A stretch of DNA of 53,636 bases from Pelovirga sp. (GCA_041686715.1 JAWLDI010000001.1:1-53636); one strand, 5' to 3'. Positions 17,777-27,323 are shown, numbered from the stretch's first letter. Notes: a model not told the origin generated them from the sequence alone. Made by a program: numbers and translations.

Positions 17777-18973
17777 ATGAAGCGCATCATCCGTTTTCTC
17801 CTGCCCCTGCTGATTCTCTCAGGTGGCATTGCCATCAGTGCCGCGCTGATTACCAGTGGTCCGGAAGCGACCCGCCAGCGCCCGCAGACCCCTCCACCAA
17901 CCGTTGAAGTCATCACCCTTAAGCCGCAGTCCTATCAGGTTCAGGTTGCCAGCCGTGGCACCATCTCACCGCGCACGGAAAGCACTCTGGTGGCTGAAAC
18001 AGCCGGGCGGGTGGTTAAGGTCGCGGACAACTTCGACACCGGCGGTTTTTTTGAACAAGGCGATCTGTTACTGCAAGTAGATGATCGCGATTATCAGAAT
18101 GCCGTGATCATTGCCCGCGCCGAGGTCGCACAACGGCAGCTGGCTCTGGCTGAAGAACGGGCACGCGCTAAACAGGCACGCCGTGACTGGAAACAATTTA
18201 AGCTTGACACACCGCCGACCGCCCTGGCCCTGAGAGAACCTCAGCTTGAAAACGCTGAAGCCGCCCTAAATGCCGCCAGAGCGCGTCTGCAACAAGCCGA
18301 GCTGGACCTGGAACGGACCCGTATTCTTGCGCCCTATGCCGGCCGCGTTCTCACCAAGGACGTTGATATCGGGCAGTATATCACCCCCGGCACGCGCCTG
18401 GCTCGGATCTATGCCAGCGACGCATTGGAAGTGCGCTTGCCTCTCTCTGATGAGCAACTGAGCTACCTCACCCTGCCGGAAGAATTTCGTAATCGTCCGG
18501 TGGTTCCCGCAACCCGGCAGGCAGACGTCACCTTCAGTCTCCGCATCGGTAGCGACATCTTTACCTGGTCCGGGCGCCTGGTCCGCACCGAAGGCAGTAT
18601 CGATATCAACAGCCGGCAGCTCTTTGTCATCGCCCGGATTGATAACCCTTATCAGCAGACAGGAGACCGGCCTCAATTGAAAATCGGTCAGTTCGTTGAA
18701 GCACGCATCTCCGGCAGTCAGCTGGAGGACGTTTACCGGATTCCTCGGCAAGCCATTCATGGCGAACGTACCGTCCATATCATCACTCCGGAAAACCGGC
18801 TGGAGCGACGCGAACTGAATATTGTCTGGCGCGACACCGACTACCTGGTCGCCAGCGGTCCCCTGCGCCCCGGCGAACAGATTACCCTGACGCGACTTCC
18901 CTTTGCCGCTGACGGTATCAGCGTCCGCGTTCTCAACAACAATCAGGATGAACGTAAGGGACAGAACCAATGA
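17777..18973 (+). CDS. RND efflux periplasmic adaptor (MFP)
   Basis: N-terminal anchor, G.V..V, coiled hairpin, RTRILAPYAGRV; AGGA RBS. Confidence 0.92.
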   Translation: MKRIIRFLLPLLILSGGIAISAALITSGPEATRQRPQTPPPTVEVITLKPQSYQVQVASRGTISPRTESTLVAETAGRVVKVADNFDTGGFFEQGDLLLQVDDRDYQNAVIIARAEVAQRQLALAEERARAKQARRDWKQFKLDTPPTALALREPQLENAEAALNAARARLQQAELDLERTRILAPYAGRVLTKDVDIGQYITPGTRLARIYASDALEVRLPLSDEQLSYLTLPEEFRNRPVVPATRQADVTFSLRIGSDIFTWSGRLVRTEGSIDINSRQLFVIARIDNPYQQTGDRPQLKIGQFVEARISGSQLEDVYRIPRQAIHGERTVHIITPENRLERRELNIVWRDTDYLVASGPLRPGEQITLTRLPFAADGISVRVLNNNQDERKGQNQ

Positions 18974-21900
18974 ACGGGGTTATTGCCTGGTTTGCCCGCA
19001 ATCATGTAGCAGCCAACCTGCTGATGGCATTGATTATCGGCCTCGGCCTGTGGGCGGTCACAGACCGAATTCCGATGGAGGTCTTTCCCGAATTTGAGCG
19101 GGATACAGTCATCATTAGTGCCGTGTATCGTGGTGCAACCCCGGCCGAAGTAGAAGAAGCGGTCATTATCCGCATCGAGGAAGCGATCGCCGCCATCAGC
19201 GGGATCGATACAATTATTTCCACCGCCAATGAAGGCAGTGGTCAGGTGCGCGTCGATGTCTTGAAAGGTTATAAACCGCGCGAGATCATGGATGATATCC
19301 GCAACAAGGTCGATGCCATCAGCACCTTTCCGGAAGAAGTCGAACGACCAACCTACGAGATTCTGGAATTCCGCCGGGAAGTCATCTCTGTAGTTGTCGG
19401 TGCCAACCTGCCCGAAGCCGATCTGCGCAAAATCGGTGAAATGGTTCGCGACGACCTGACTGCGCTGCCGGCGATCAGCCTCGCAGATCTGGTCGCGGTC
19501 AGACCCTATGAACTCTCTATTGAGGCCAGTCAGGCGACCCTCGAACAATACCAGTTGAGCCTGGAAGATCTGTCCCAGGCAATTCGTCGCCATTCCCTCG
19601 ATCTGCCGGCCGGTGCCATCAAAACCCGTGGCGGTGAGATCCTGTTACGCACCATGGGCCAGGCAGACACGGCAGCTGACTACGCCCGCATCCCCGTACG
19701 CACCACGCCTGCCGGCAGTCAGCTGCTGCTCGGTGATATTGCGACCATTCGCGACGGATTTGACGAAGAGCCACTGGAAGCTGTGCTCAATGGAAAATCT
19801 GCGGTCATGATCGAAGTATATCGTACCGGGGAACAGAACGCCCTGGACGTCGGGCGCGCCGTGCGTGACTATGTAGCGGAAAAACGTGAAGCTCTTCCCC
19901 CGGGAGTTTCCATCGACTACTGGCGCGATCGCTCACGCATTGTCCAGTTGCGTCTGAATACCCTGACCAGCAGTGCGCTGCAGGGCGGCCTGCTGATCTT
20001 TCTGGCCCTGTCTCTGTTTCTGCGCCTTTCTGTCGCGGTATGGGTCTGCGTCGGTATTCCGATCAGTTTTTTAGGCGCACTGGCACTGATGCCGACCCTC
20101 GGTGTGACCCTGAACTCCTTAAGCCTGTTTGCTTTTATCCTGGTGTTGGGAATTGTCGTTGATGATGCCATTATTACCGGTGAGAATGTCTACCGGCGAC
20201 TCAAGGAAGATGGCGAATCGATCGAAGGGATCATCGCCGGAACCCAGGAGGTTGCGGTTCCAGTCACCTTCGGGCTGCTGACCACCATTGCCGCCTTTAC
20301 ACCGTTACTTTTTATGGAAGGGGTGCGAGGGCCGATCTTCGCTCAGATTCCGTTGATTGTCATTCCAGCCCTGGCCTTTTCCTGGGTCGAATCAAAGTTG
20401 ATTCTGCCGGCCCACCTGAGCAGCGTCCACATCACCAAACCACCACGGGGTGGACTGTTGATGCTGCAGAAACTGCAGCAGAAAGTTGCCAGCGGACTGG
20501 AGTTGTTCGCCCTGCGGATTTATCGACCGGTGCTCGAACTCGCGATCAGGCGGCGGCATCTGACCCTGTCGATTTTCACTGCAGTCATCATCATTATTGT
20601 CAGCTTTGTTATCAGCGGCCGTTACGGATACACTTTTTTCCCTCGGATTCAAAGCGAGATTGCTCGCGCGACCCTGATCATGCCGGCCGGAACCTCCATC
20701 GACCAGACCCGAATCCACATTGAACGCATGGCGCAACATGCTTACACCCTGCAGGCTAAACATCAGGAACCGGATGGGTCCGGATCGGTCATCCGTAACA
20801 TCCTGGTGAGTACCGGCTGGACGGGAACCGGAAGTCCCGGCATGGGCGGCAAACCGGAACTGGGGCAGATCACCATGGAGATGGTACCGCCGGAAGAGCG
20901 CCTTAACCAGATCAGCACCAGTGAAGTAGTACAGGAATGGCGTCAACTGATCGGCACGATTCCCGGAGCCAAAGAACTGACCTACCGGGCGGAAATCGGA
21001 AGGGGCGGCAACCCGGTTGATGTTCAATTGACCGGTGCTGACTTTAACCAGCTGACTGAAGTCGCCGAAAGTCTGAAAAAGCGCTACAGCGAATATCCCG
21101 GTCTGTTCGACATTCAGGACAGCTTTGATCAGGGCAAGCAGGAGATCCAGCTGCACCTGCTGCCGGAGGCCAAACTCCTCGGGTTGACCACCACTGATCT
21201 CGGACGCCAGGTCAGAGCGGCTTTTTTCGGCAGCGAGGCTCAACGCATTCAACGTGGGCGCGATGATGTCCGGGTGATGGTTCGCTATCCAAAAGAACAA
21301 CGTGAGAATCTGGCCAGCCTGGAAACCATGAAAATCCGCACACAAAGTGGCGTTGAAGTCCCCTTTAACCAGGTCGCCGCCATCGATATGCAGGCCGGTT
21401 ATTCAAGCATCCGCCGGGTCGACCGTAACCGTGCGGTGAATGTATCGGCCGATGCCGAAAAGGGAGAGGTTGATACCAACGCTATCGCCGCCGATTTGAG
21501 GATCTACCTCGACGAACTGCTGCTTGAATATCCCGGTATCCGCTACACCTTCAAGGGGGAGCTGGAGGAACAGCGCGAATCAATGGGGAGTCTGATCTAC
21601 GGGGTTATTTTTGTCCTGTTTGCCATCTATGCCCTGCTCGCCATCCCGTTTCGCTCCTACCTGCAACCGCTACCGGTGATGCTGGTCATCCCCTTCAGTA
21701 TTGGCGGTGCCATTGTCGGCCACATGATCATGGGATACAACTTGAGCTTCATGAGTCTGCTCGGTATTCTGGCGTTATGCGGGGTGGTCGTTAACAACAG
21801 CCTGGTGCTGGTTGATTTCATCAATCGCCGGCGCCGCGAAGGGATGCCGATGCTTGATGCAGTGATGCTCTCCGGGGTCAACCGTTTCCGGCCGATCCTG

Positions 21901-22101
21901 CTGACCTCCCTGACCACCTTTCTCGGGCTGACGCCACTATTGTTTGACACCAGCACCCAGGCGCAGTTTCTGATTCCGATGGCGGTATCCTTAGGCTTCG
22001 GCATCCTCTTCAGCACCTTTCTCAGTCTGCTGCTGGTACCGGCAACCTATCTGATTCTCGAAGATATCATCGGACTTTTCAGGGCAGAAAAACGCTTGTA
22101 A
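18970..22101 (+). CDS. RND efflux transporter permease (AcrB/CzcA superfamily)
   Basis: 1043 aa; GIVVDDAII.GEN, RFRPILLTSLTT, PMAVSLGFG. Confidence 0.95.
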   Translation: MNGVIAWFARNHVAANLLMALIIGLGLWAVTDRIPMEVFPEFERDTVIISAVYRGATPAEVEEAVIIRIEEAIAAISGIDTIISTANEGSGQVRVDVLKGYKPREIMDDIRNKVDAISTFPEEVERPTYEILEFRREVISVVVGANLPEADLRKIGEMVRDDLTALPAISLADLVAVRPYELSIEASQATLEQYQLSLEDLSQAIRRHSLDLPAGAIKTRGGEILLRTMGQADTAADYARIPVRTTPAGSQLLLGDIATIRDGFDEEPLEAVLNGKSAVMIEVYRTGEQNALDVGRAVRDYVAEKREALPPGVSIDYWRDRSRIVQLRLNTLTSSALQGGLLIFLALSLFLRLSVAVWVCVGIPISFLGALALMPTLGVTLNSLSLFAFILVLGIVVDDAIITGENVYRRLKEDGESIEGIIAGTQEVAVPVTFGLLTTIAAFTPLLFMEGVRGPIFAQIPLIVIPALAFSWVESKLILPAHLSSVHITKPPRGGLLMLQKLQQKVASGLELFALRIYRPVLELAIRRRHLTLSIFTAVIIIIVSFVISGRYGYTFFPRIQSEIARATLIMPAGTSIDQTRIHIERMAQHAYTLQAKHQEPDGSGSVIRNILVSTGWTGTGSPGMGGKPELGQITMEMVPPEERLNQISTSEVVQEWRQLIGTIPGAKELTYRAEIGRGGNPVDVQLTGADFNQLTEVAESLKKRYSEYPGLFDIQDSFDQGKQEIQLHLLPEAKLLGLTTTDLGRQVRAAFFGSEAQRIQRGRDDVRVMVRYPKEQRENLASLETMKIRTQSGVEVPFNQVAAIDMQAGYSSIRRVDRNRAVNVSADAEKGEVDTNAIAADLRIYLDELLLEYPGIRYTFKGELEEQRESMGSLIYGVIFVLFAIYALLAIPFRSYLQPLPVMLVIPFSIGGAIVGHMIMGYNLSFMSLLGILALCGVVVNNSLVLVDFINRRRREGMPMLDAVMLSGVNRFRPILLTSLTTFLGLTPLLFDTSTQAQFLIPMAVSLGFGILFSTFLSLLLVPATYLILEDIIGLFRAEKRL

Positions 22102-22122
22102 ATATTCATTCCAGGAGCAGCC

Positions 22123-22869
22123 ATGGTCAACAAGCAGATTTCAGAACAACGGGAATTTCTCAAGGATTCCCTGCGTCTGGCGATTGATTTTCGCTTCACC
22201 GACCAGCGCATGGGGGTTGAACCGCCAGCGATCCAGAAACCGGCGCTACCTGAGCAACAACTGATCAAACTGCCGGCACCGGATTATCACTACAGCGCCA
22301 GTCTGGTCGATGTCATCGCCGGGCGCCGCAGCCATCGCCGTTTCGCCGGGTCGCCGATTGATTTAACCGAACTGGCTTTTCTGCTCTGGGCAACCCAGGG
22401 CCTGCGCGAAGAGCTGGCCCCCGGCACAGGGTTGCGCACCGTCCCCTCTGCCGGTTGCCGCCACCCCTTTGAAACCTTTCTGCTGGTCACCAATGTGACC
22501 GACCTTGAGCCTGGCGTATACCGCTACCTGCCCCGCGAACATGCCCTGGTGCTGGAACGGGCTGATGATGACCTGATGGAAAAGCTTCCCCCGGCAACCC
22601 TCGGTCAGCGATTCACCGCCACCGCCCCGGTAACCTTCGTCTGGACCTGCGTTCCTTATCGCACCGAATGGCGCTACCATACTGCCGCCCACCGGGTGAT
22701 TCTGATGGATGTCGGACATGTCTGTCAGAACCTCTACCTGGCCTGCGCAGCCGTCGGCGCAGGCACCTGCGCTATCGCGGCCTTTCATCAGGAGTTGATG
22801 GATCAGCTGGTGGGGGTAGATGGGGAAGATGAGTTTGTTATTTATCTGGCGCCGGTGGGGAAAATCTGA
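22123..22869 (+). CDS. SagB/ThcOx-family FMN nitroreductase-fold protein
   Basis: RRSHRRF, RTVPSAG, MDVGHVCQNLYL. Confidence 0.88.
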   Translation: MVNKQISEQREFLKDSLRLAIDFRFTDQRMGVEPPAIQKPALPEQQLIKLPAPDYHYSASLVDVIAGRRSHRRFAGSPIDLTELAFLLWATQGLREELAPGTGLRTVPSAGCRHPFETFLLVTNVTDLEPGVYRYLPREHALVLERADDDLMEKLPPATLGQRFTATAPVTFVWTCVPYRTEWRYHTAAHRVILMDVGHVCQNLYLACAAVGAGTCAIAAFHQELMDQLVGVDGEDEFVIYLAPVGKI

Positions 22870-23517
22870 TCACCCCGCCAGGAGGGTCAAGACCTTTGCT
22901 TCAACCTGATCCAAAAATTTCTCCAGGCTGTCGTCATTGCGCAACACCATGTTCCAGCCGGTGAAATCATCGAGGGAATTCTCGCTGCTGTGGTTATTGG
23001 CGCCGTTGAATCCCGGGCGTTCCACCCGGATCAAAACCCCGCCATTACGCTGAACAGCCTCGACCTCGTTATGGAAACGCACATCATCAACCAGAATATG
23101 CACGTTGCGTTCCGTCACTTCTGCCAGCGCCGCCTCCCACGCCTTGGTCCAGTAGTCGGGGTCCTGGGCGCGGCGGTATTCGGTCCCCCACCACTGCAGG
23201 ATGCGCCGGACATTTAAGGTCGTCCGCCCCGGGTGCTGCTGAATATCGAGATTTTTTGCAACAAAGTCCTCCCAGGCCGAACACTGCAGCCTGGCGCTGT
23301 GCTCATCGATCTCGAAGTGGGTCAGTTTGTCCTGCTGATCGCCATAGAGTAGAGCCACCTTATCAGCTGCACCGACCTTGCGCAGAAAGGCTTCCACCTC
23401 GCGCCGTAACATACTCGCCATCGGCAACACCTGAATTTTATCCCCCAGAAGAGCCTGCAAATGTTTCGCTGCAGTGGTCTTCCCCGAGGCAGCCTTGCCG
23501 GCAAATCCGATAATCAT
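22870..23517 (-). CDS. Deoxynucleoside monophosphate kinase (phage T4/T5-like family)
   Basis: IIGFAGKAASGKT P-loop, RRILQWWGTEYRR..DPDYW, DDVRFHNE, NHSSE. Confidence 0.75.
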   Translation of the reverse strand: MIIGFAGKAASGKTTAAKHLQALLGDKIQVLPMASMLRREVEAFLRKVGAADKVALLYGDQQDKLTHFEIDEHSARLQCSAWEDFVAKNLDIQQHPGRTTLNVRRILQWWGTEYRRAQDPDYWTKAWEAALAEVTERNVHILVDDVRFHNEVEAVQRNGGVLIRVERPGFNGANNHSSENSLDDFTGWNMVLRNDDSLEKFLDQVEAKVLTLLAG

Positions 23518-23650
23518 GAGTTGAGTCCTTGGAAAAAGTGATAAATACAGACTTGTGGAGTCTAGCTATTTCGGGCAAAAAATCAACGGCGTTTATTGCG
23601 AGGGGTGTCTTGAAGGCTCATCCGCTTTAGTGATGTTACACTGTCTAAAC

Positions 23651-23751
23651 ATTTACCACAGAGTCACAGAGACACTGAGAAATTCATAAAAACCATGTAT
23701 TCTAAACTTCCTCTGTATCTCAAGTGAACGAAGAGAGACCGGGTGGTGAAA
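23651..23751. repeat. Palindromic extragenic repeat, same family as 17294-17585
   Basis: ATTTACCACAGAGTCACAGAGACACTGAGAAATTC...CTCTGTATCTCAAGTGAACGAAGAGAGACCGGGTGGTGAAA. Confidence 0.75.
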
Positions 23752-23785
23752 AGATTTATTTAAAAGCCAAGCGGAGGTTACTACC

Positions 23786-24079
23786 ATGAAAAACACCCTC
23801 ACTGCAGGAATCAGTTATCTCCACAGCTATCAGGTCCCCACCGACAAAACCGGCCCCCATGTTTTTAAAGAATCCGATCTGTTCGCCGCCATGCCGCCGG
23901 TTTTTGCGACGGCATTCATGGTCGGACTGATGGAATGGGCGTGTATGGAGGCGTTGCGGCCGCACATGGAGGAAGGGGAAATCAGCCTCGGAACCAATAT
24001 CTGTTTGACCATTTCAAGCCCCCTCATCCGGCTTTCAGCCACCTTCTCCCCCAGGAGAAGGGTTCAAACGGAAGAGTGA
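23786..24079 (+). pseudogene. Truncated FlK-like hotdog thioesterase
   Basis: PPVFATAFMVGLMEWAC..AL and SLGT motifs; similarity stops before the expected H..ATP.G segment, where a repeat begins; GGAGG RBS. Confidence 0.7.
24019..24062. repeat. CCCTCATCC...CCTTCTCCC..GGAGAAGG palindromic repeat
   Basis: CCCCCTCATCCGGCTTTCAGCCACCTTCTCCCCCAGGAGAAGGG, double-hairpin REP-like element. Confidence 0.7.
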
Positions 24080-24116
24080 TGCTAATCAGGAAAAACAATA
24101 AGAATTTTCCCCGCAT

Positions 24117-24239
24117 TTATTTTTGTTTTATCCATAATACCTTCGATTTAATCACTTGGCGTACCGTAGCCAGGACCCCGATGACAACCCCCAGAATCAA
24201 CCCGTTAATCAAAATCCCAATAACAGCTCCCCAGCCATA
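24117..24239 (-). pseudogene. 3' remnant of a membrane protein gene
   Basis: Frame YGWGAVIGILINGLILGVVIGVLATVRQVIKSKVLWIKQK* (TM helix plus basic tail); no start, 5' end abuts the GGGGAC repeat. Confidence 0.35.
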
Positions 24240-24242
24240 AGT

Positions 24243-24299
24243 AAAAACGGGGACATAAAACTAATTTTGAAGATTAATTAGTATTACGTCCCCGCATTT
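24243..24299. repeat. GGGGACA inverted repeat, same family as 12234-12334
   Basis: CGGGGACATAAAACTAATT...AATTAGTATTACGTCCCCG versus GGGGACACAAAACCAATT...AATTGGAATTGTGTCCCC. Confidence 0.8.
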
Positions 24300-24648
24300 A
24301 CCCCGATCCATGCACCTCACGACTGTCTTTCGGTGCGTCGCCACGTTCCTGCATCCCGTAGTTGCGCATCACCGAAGCGACTCGCAGTCGATAATCGGCA
24401 AGTACGCCGCTCCGGCCCATTGCCTGCGATTGCCGATGTCTTGCGTGATTTCGCCAGGAGCTAACAGCTTCTTCATCACGCCAGAACGAGAGCGAAAGAT
24501 ATTTTCCCTTTGTTGTCACGCTCTCGAAGCGCTCGATGGAAATGAAACCGTCAATGTTCACCAGATCGTCCCGCAAGGAAGCGGCTAGATCGAAGTATTC
24601 GACGGATTTCCCGTCAGCCGGCCAGAGTTCGAAGATCACTGCAATCAC
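24298..24648 (-). CDS. Antibiotic biosynthesis monooxygenase (ABM) family protein
   Basis: MIAVIFE, DGFISIERF, SLSFWRDEEAV..WRN...HR, DYRLRVA; GTG start with GGAGG RBS. Confidence 0.88.
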   Translation of the reverse strand: MIAVIFELWPADGKSVEYFDLAASLRDDLVNIDGFISIERFESVTTKGKYLSLSFWRDEEAVSSWRNHARHRQSQAMGRSGVLADYRLRVASVMRNYGMQERGDAPKDSREVHGSG

Positions 24649-24721
24649 AAAGAAACCTCCTGGTGAATTCCTACGTGTAATTCGCTCAACCCCTTGCGCC
24701 TCTGAGCCGAGTGACGATGCT

Positions 24722-25183
24722 TCAAACCCAACGGCGTACCTCAGATGTGTACTTGCTGAATGACTCACCGAATTTTTCGCGCACAAATCGCTCCTCTGGA
24801 ATGATTTGAAAGCGGTTCATGTAGATGACGAACGCGGGGAGGAACAGCAAAGAAGGGATACTGCCCAGGAACAAGCCCCACGCACACAAGACCAGCAACA
24901 ATCCTAAATACATCGGATTTCGGCTGCATCGATAGACTCCACGAATCTCGAGGCTTTCAGATTGGTCCGGCACCCGTGGATCGACAGTCGTTCCGGCGGC
25001 TCTGAACTCCATCACTCCCAGAATGGCGATGCAAGCGCCGACCACTGCGCTTCCTGTCGCCAAACACCCTGCCCGGGGAATGGTGAAATAAAGATTTGGC
25101 AAGAGACGCGCAACCGCCCAAATACAGGCAGCAACCAGAATTACCAACGCAACGGGAGGAACTTTAATCTCGAGTACTTTCAC
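24722..25183 (-). CDS. Isoprenylcysteine carboxylmethyltransferase (ICMT/PEMT) family membrane protein
   Basis: GTTVDP, GVYRCSRNPMYLG, QIIPEE, VRRW. Confidence 0.88.
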   Translation of the reverse strand: MKVLEIKVPPVALVILVAACIWAVARLLPNLYFTIPRAGCLATGSAVVGACIAILGVMEFRAAGTTVDPRVPDQSESLEIRGVYRCSRNPMYLGLLLVLCAWGLFLGSIPSLLFLPAFVIYMNRFQIIPEERFVREKFGESFSKYTSEVRRWV

Positions 25184-25215
25184 GACATTTTCTCTTGATG
25201 TCCACGGTTATTGCG

Positions 25216-25734
25216 CTAAGGTATACGTACCACCGCGTACCCCTGCATCTGGTAACCGATCACCGATACAAAACCGTTATCCACTGGGTCGATCTCCGGC
25301 AGAATCGTTTGTTCATCTACTCCCGCCATCTTGACCGCGTAGAGACAGACTTCAAACTTGACACCATCCTGTTTCATCTGCCGGATGGTTGCCTGAAACT
25401 GCTCAACGTTGCCGCGCACTTCATCAGGGAAAATGGCCAGATTCGTTGAAAGCAGATTCACGACCGGCCCATGAAAAACGACGACGATATTTGGCTTGAG
25501 CCCCAGATCACGGACAGTTGTATCCTCGTATGAATTTTTAACGGCCCAGAATACCCGGTTGGCAACCCCGGGGTCGCCAGACGTGAACTGGTAGACAGCA
25601 TTGTAGGTTGTAATGCCGTTGAACGCTGACGCGTAGCCTGAAGCAAATACCGGGGTAATTCCGAAAGTAAAAAGGATGACGACAGCCAGGGCGGCAATGC
25701 TGTTGCGGGCGAACGGGTTTCTTGAACGACTCAT
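25216..25734 (-). CDS. Exported DsrE-family protein
   Basis: Signal peptide, VVVFHGP, GVKFEVC, Q..GYA C-terminus; AAAGGAG RBS before 25734. Confidence 0.8.
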   Translation of the reverse strand: MSRSRNPFARNSIAALAVVILFTFGITPVFASGYASAFNGITTYNAVYQFTSGDPGVANRVFWAVKNSYEDTTVRDLGLKPNIVVVFHGPVVNLLSTNLAIFPDEVRGNVEQFQATIRQMKQDGVKFEVCLYAVKMAGVDEQTILPEIDPVDNGFVSVIGYQMQGYAVVRIP

Positions 25735-25917
25735 GATGCACTCCTTTCCCCGAACATCAGGATCTGACATTGGTGTGATGCCGGGACGGTATCAGCGGAT
25801 TTTCTCTTGCCAGCTTAAGCCATCATTGGTCAAGCCTGCCTTCTCACCAACCAGCTCCGACCGTATTGAGGCCGATGCTGTGGGGTCTGTTGCATGCCGT
25901 GAAAGGGCAGTGCCTCT

Positions 25918-26580
25918 TCAGGGACGATACCGGGAGTAATCTATTTCCTGATCGTCTCCCCAGACCTTTTCGATGAACTGATAGCGCCCCGAGTTGAAGG
26001 TGTAGAACTTGTAACGCAACGGACTTTTCTTGTAGTAATCCTGGTGATACTCTTCAGCATCGTAGAAGGCTTTAAACGGTACAATCTCGATCACTACCGG
26101 ATCGTCATAACGACCGGAGGCTTCCAGTTCAGCTACCGATGCTGCAGCTGCTGTTTTTTCTGCCTCGTTGTGGTAAAAAACCGCTGGTCGGTATTGCTTG
26201 CCACGATCGACATACTGTCCTTCAGCATCCGTCGGGTTGGCAGTTCGCCACAGGGCCTGCAACAACCCTTCGTAAGTAATTAGCGCCGGATCATAATGCA
26301 CCTGTACGGCTTCGGTGTGACCGGTATTGCCACCGGCTACCTGCTCATAGGTCGGATCAATCTCGTTGCCGCCGCTGTAACCGGATACCGCCGCTACGAC
26401 ACCGGGAACCTTTTCAAAGGCTTCCTCCACACACCAGAAACAGCCACCGGCAAATGTGGCAACGGCCAGATCAGGATCGGCAGGAGCATATTTTGAAGCC
26501 ATCGCGCTGGAAGCGTTCAGTTGAAATCCCGCCAGAGCAATGACAACAGCCGTGGAGATCAGTAACAGATAGCGTTTCAT
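25918..26580 (-). CDS. msrA: Exported peptide-methionine (S)-S-oxide reductase
   Basis: Signal peptide; FAGGCFWC, SGYSGG, TGHTEAV, FYDAEEYHQDY. Confidence 0.93.
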   Translation of the reverse strand: MKRYLLLISTAVVIALAGFQLNASSAMASKYAPADPDLAVATFAGGCFWCVEEAFEKVPGVVAAVSGYSGGNEIDPTYEQVAGGNTGHTEAVQVHYDPALITYEGLLQALWRTANPTDAEGQYVDRGKQYRPAVFYHNEAEKTAAAASVAELEASGRYDDPVVIEIVPFKAFYDAEEYHQDYYKKSPLRYKFYTFNSGRYQFIEKVWGDDQEIDYSRYRP

Positions 26581-26775
26581 CACATCAACCTCCTGCTCTG
26601 GTGTCTCGTGCAGACACCCGATTACTTGATAGAAACAGATAGACTCATCATACCATTTTTTGTCATTTCATTTTTTTGTCATGACATTTTTGCGTATCAA
26701 CTGCTGTTCAAGATGATTCAACTCCGGGAAAATGCTAACATCTCAAAACAAACAACAATTCAGGAGAGTCCCTTT

Positions 26776-27216
26776 ATGCTCAGCAACCCTTTTGTCCGGC
26801 TAGGCTATTTCCTGACCTTTGCCTTTATCTGCCTGGTGTCGCTCCCCTTCTCCAGCATTAGCGCTGAGCTTCCCCAGACCACTAATGATATCCCACGGAT
26901 CAGCATTAAAGAACTGCTGGAATGGCAGGAACAAGAACCCGTAGTCATTGTTGACGCGCGCATAACCAGGGCCTGGAAACGAGCCGGCAATAAAATTCCC
27001 GGCGCAATTCGACTGGACTCGCCGGAAAAGATTGCTCGCTTCACCCTCACGACAGACCCTCAGCAAGCTGTTCTCGTCTATTGTCTCTGACCACGGGAGC
27101 GATCCAGTGCCGGTCTGGCACTGACCTTATCCAAGCAGGGCTTCAGCCGCGTTCGGGTACTCGAAGGAGGTTACCATAGCTGGATCAGTGCAGACCTGCC
27201 GCTGGATCAAAAATAA
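26776..27216 (+). CDS. Exported rhodanese-domain selenoprotein (CxU; TGA 27088-27090 read as Sec)
   Basis: VDAR, KIPGA, LVYCL-TGA-PRERSSAGLA..L..QGF..V.VLEGGY.SW: the domain continues in frame past TGA; SECIS-like hairpin; AGGAG RBS before 26776. Confidence 0.85.
27091..27123 (+). promoter_or_regulatory. Bacterial SECIS element
   Basis: CAGTGCC-GGTCT-GGCACTG perfect 7-bp stem; G-initiated loop starts 21 nt after UGA. Confidence 0.75.
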
Positions 27217-27323
27217 TCACAACTTTAGAAAGAAGGATTTACCACTGACAGAGAAAAATTTGCTAAGATTGAGACCAGATCAGCCGGAACAACCCCCAGC
27301 ATGATATCTGATGAAGGAGAGAG

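Noticed and set aside
17193-17916. Short ORFs in the ald-RND intergenic region
   Set aside because: They overlap repeats and AT-rich promoter DNA and show no protein motifs
20392-21345. Long antisense ORFs (also 13454-14287, 29587-30354, 35203-36090, 40640-41497)
   Set aside because: Shadow frames of well-supported genes
22123-22869. Thiazole/oxazole RiPP cluster
   Set aside because: Standalone SagB-like gene; no YcaO or precursor peptide
22870-23517. Prophage
   Set aside because: No integrase, structural or replication genes nearby
25790-25920. Sec readthrough of the msrA TGA into an MsrB domain
   Set aside because: The downstream frame shows no MsrB motifs and the TGA is not at a catalytic position
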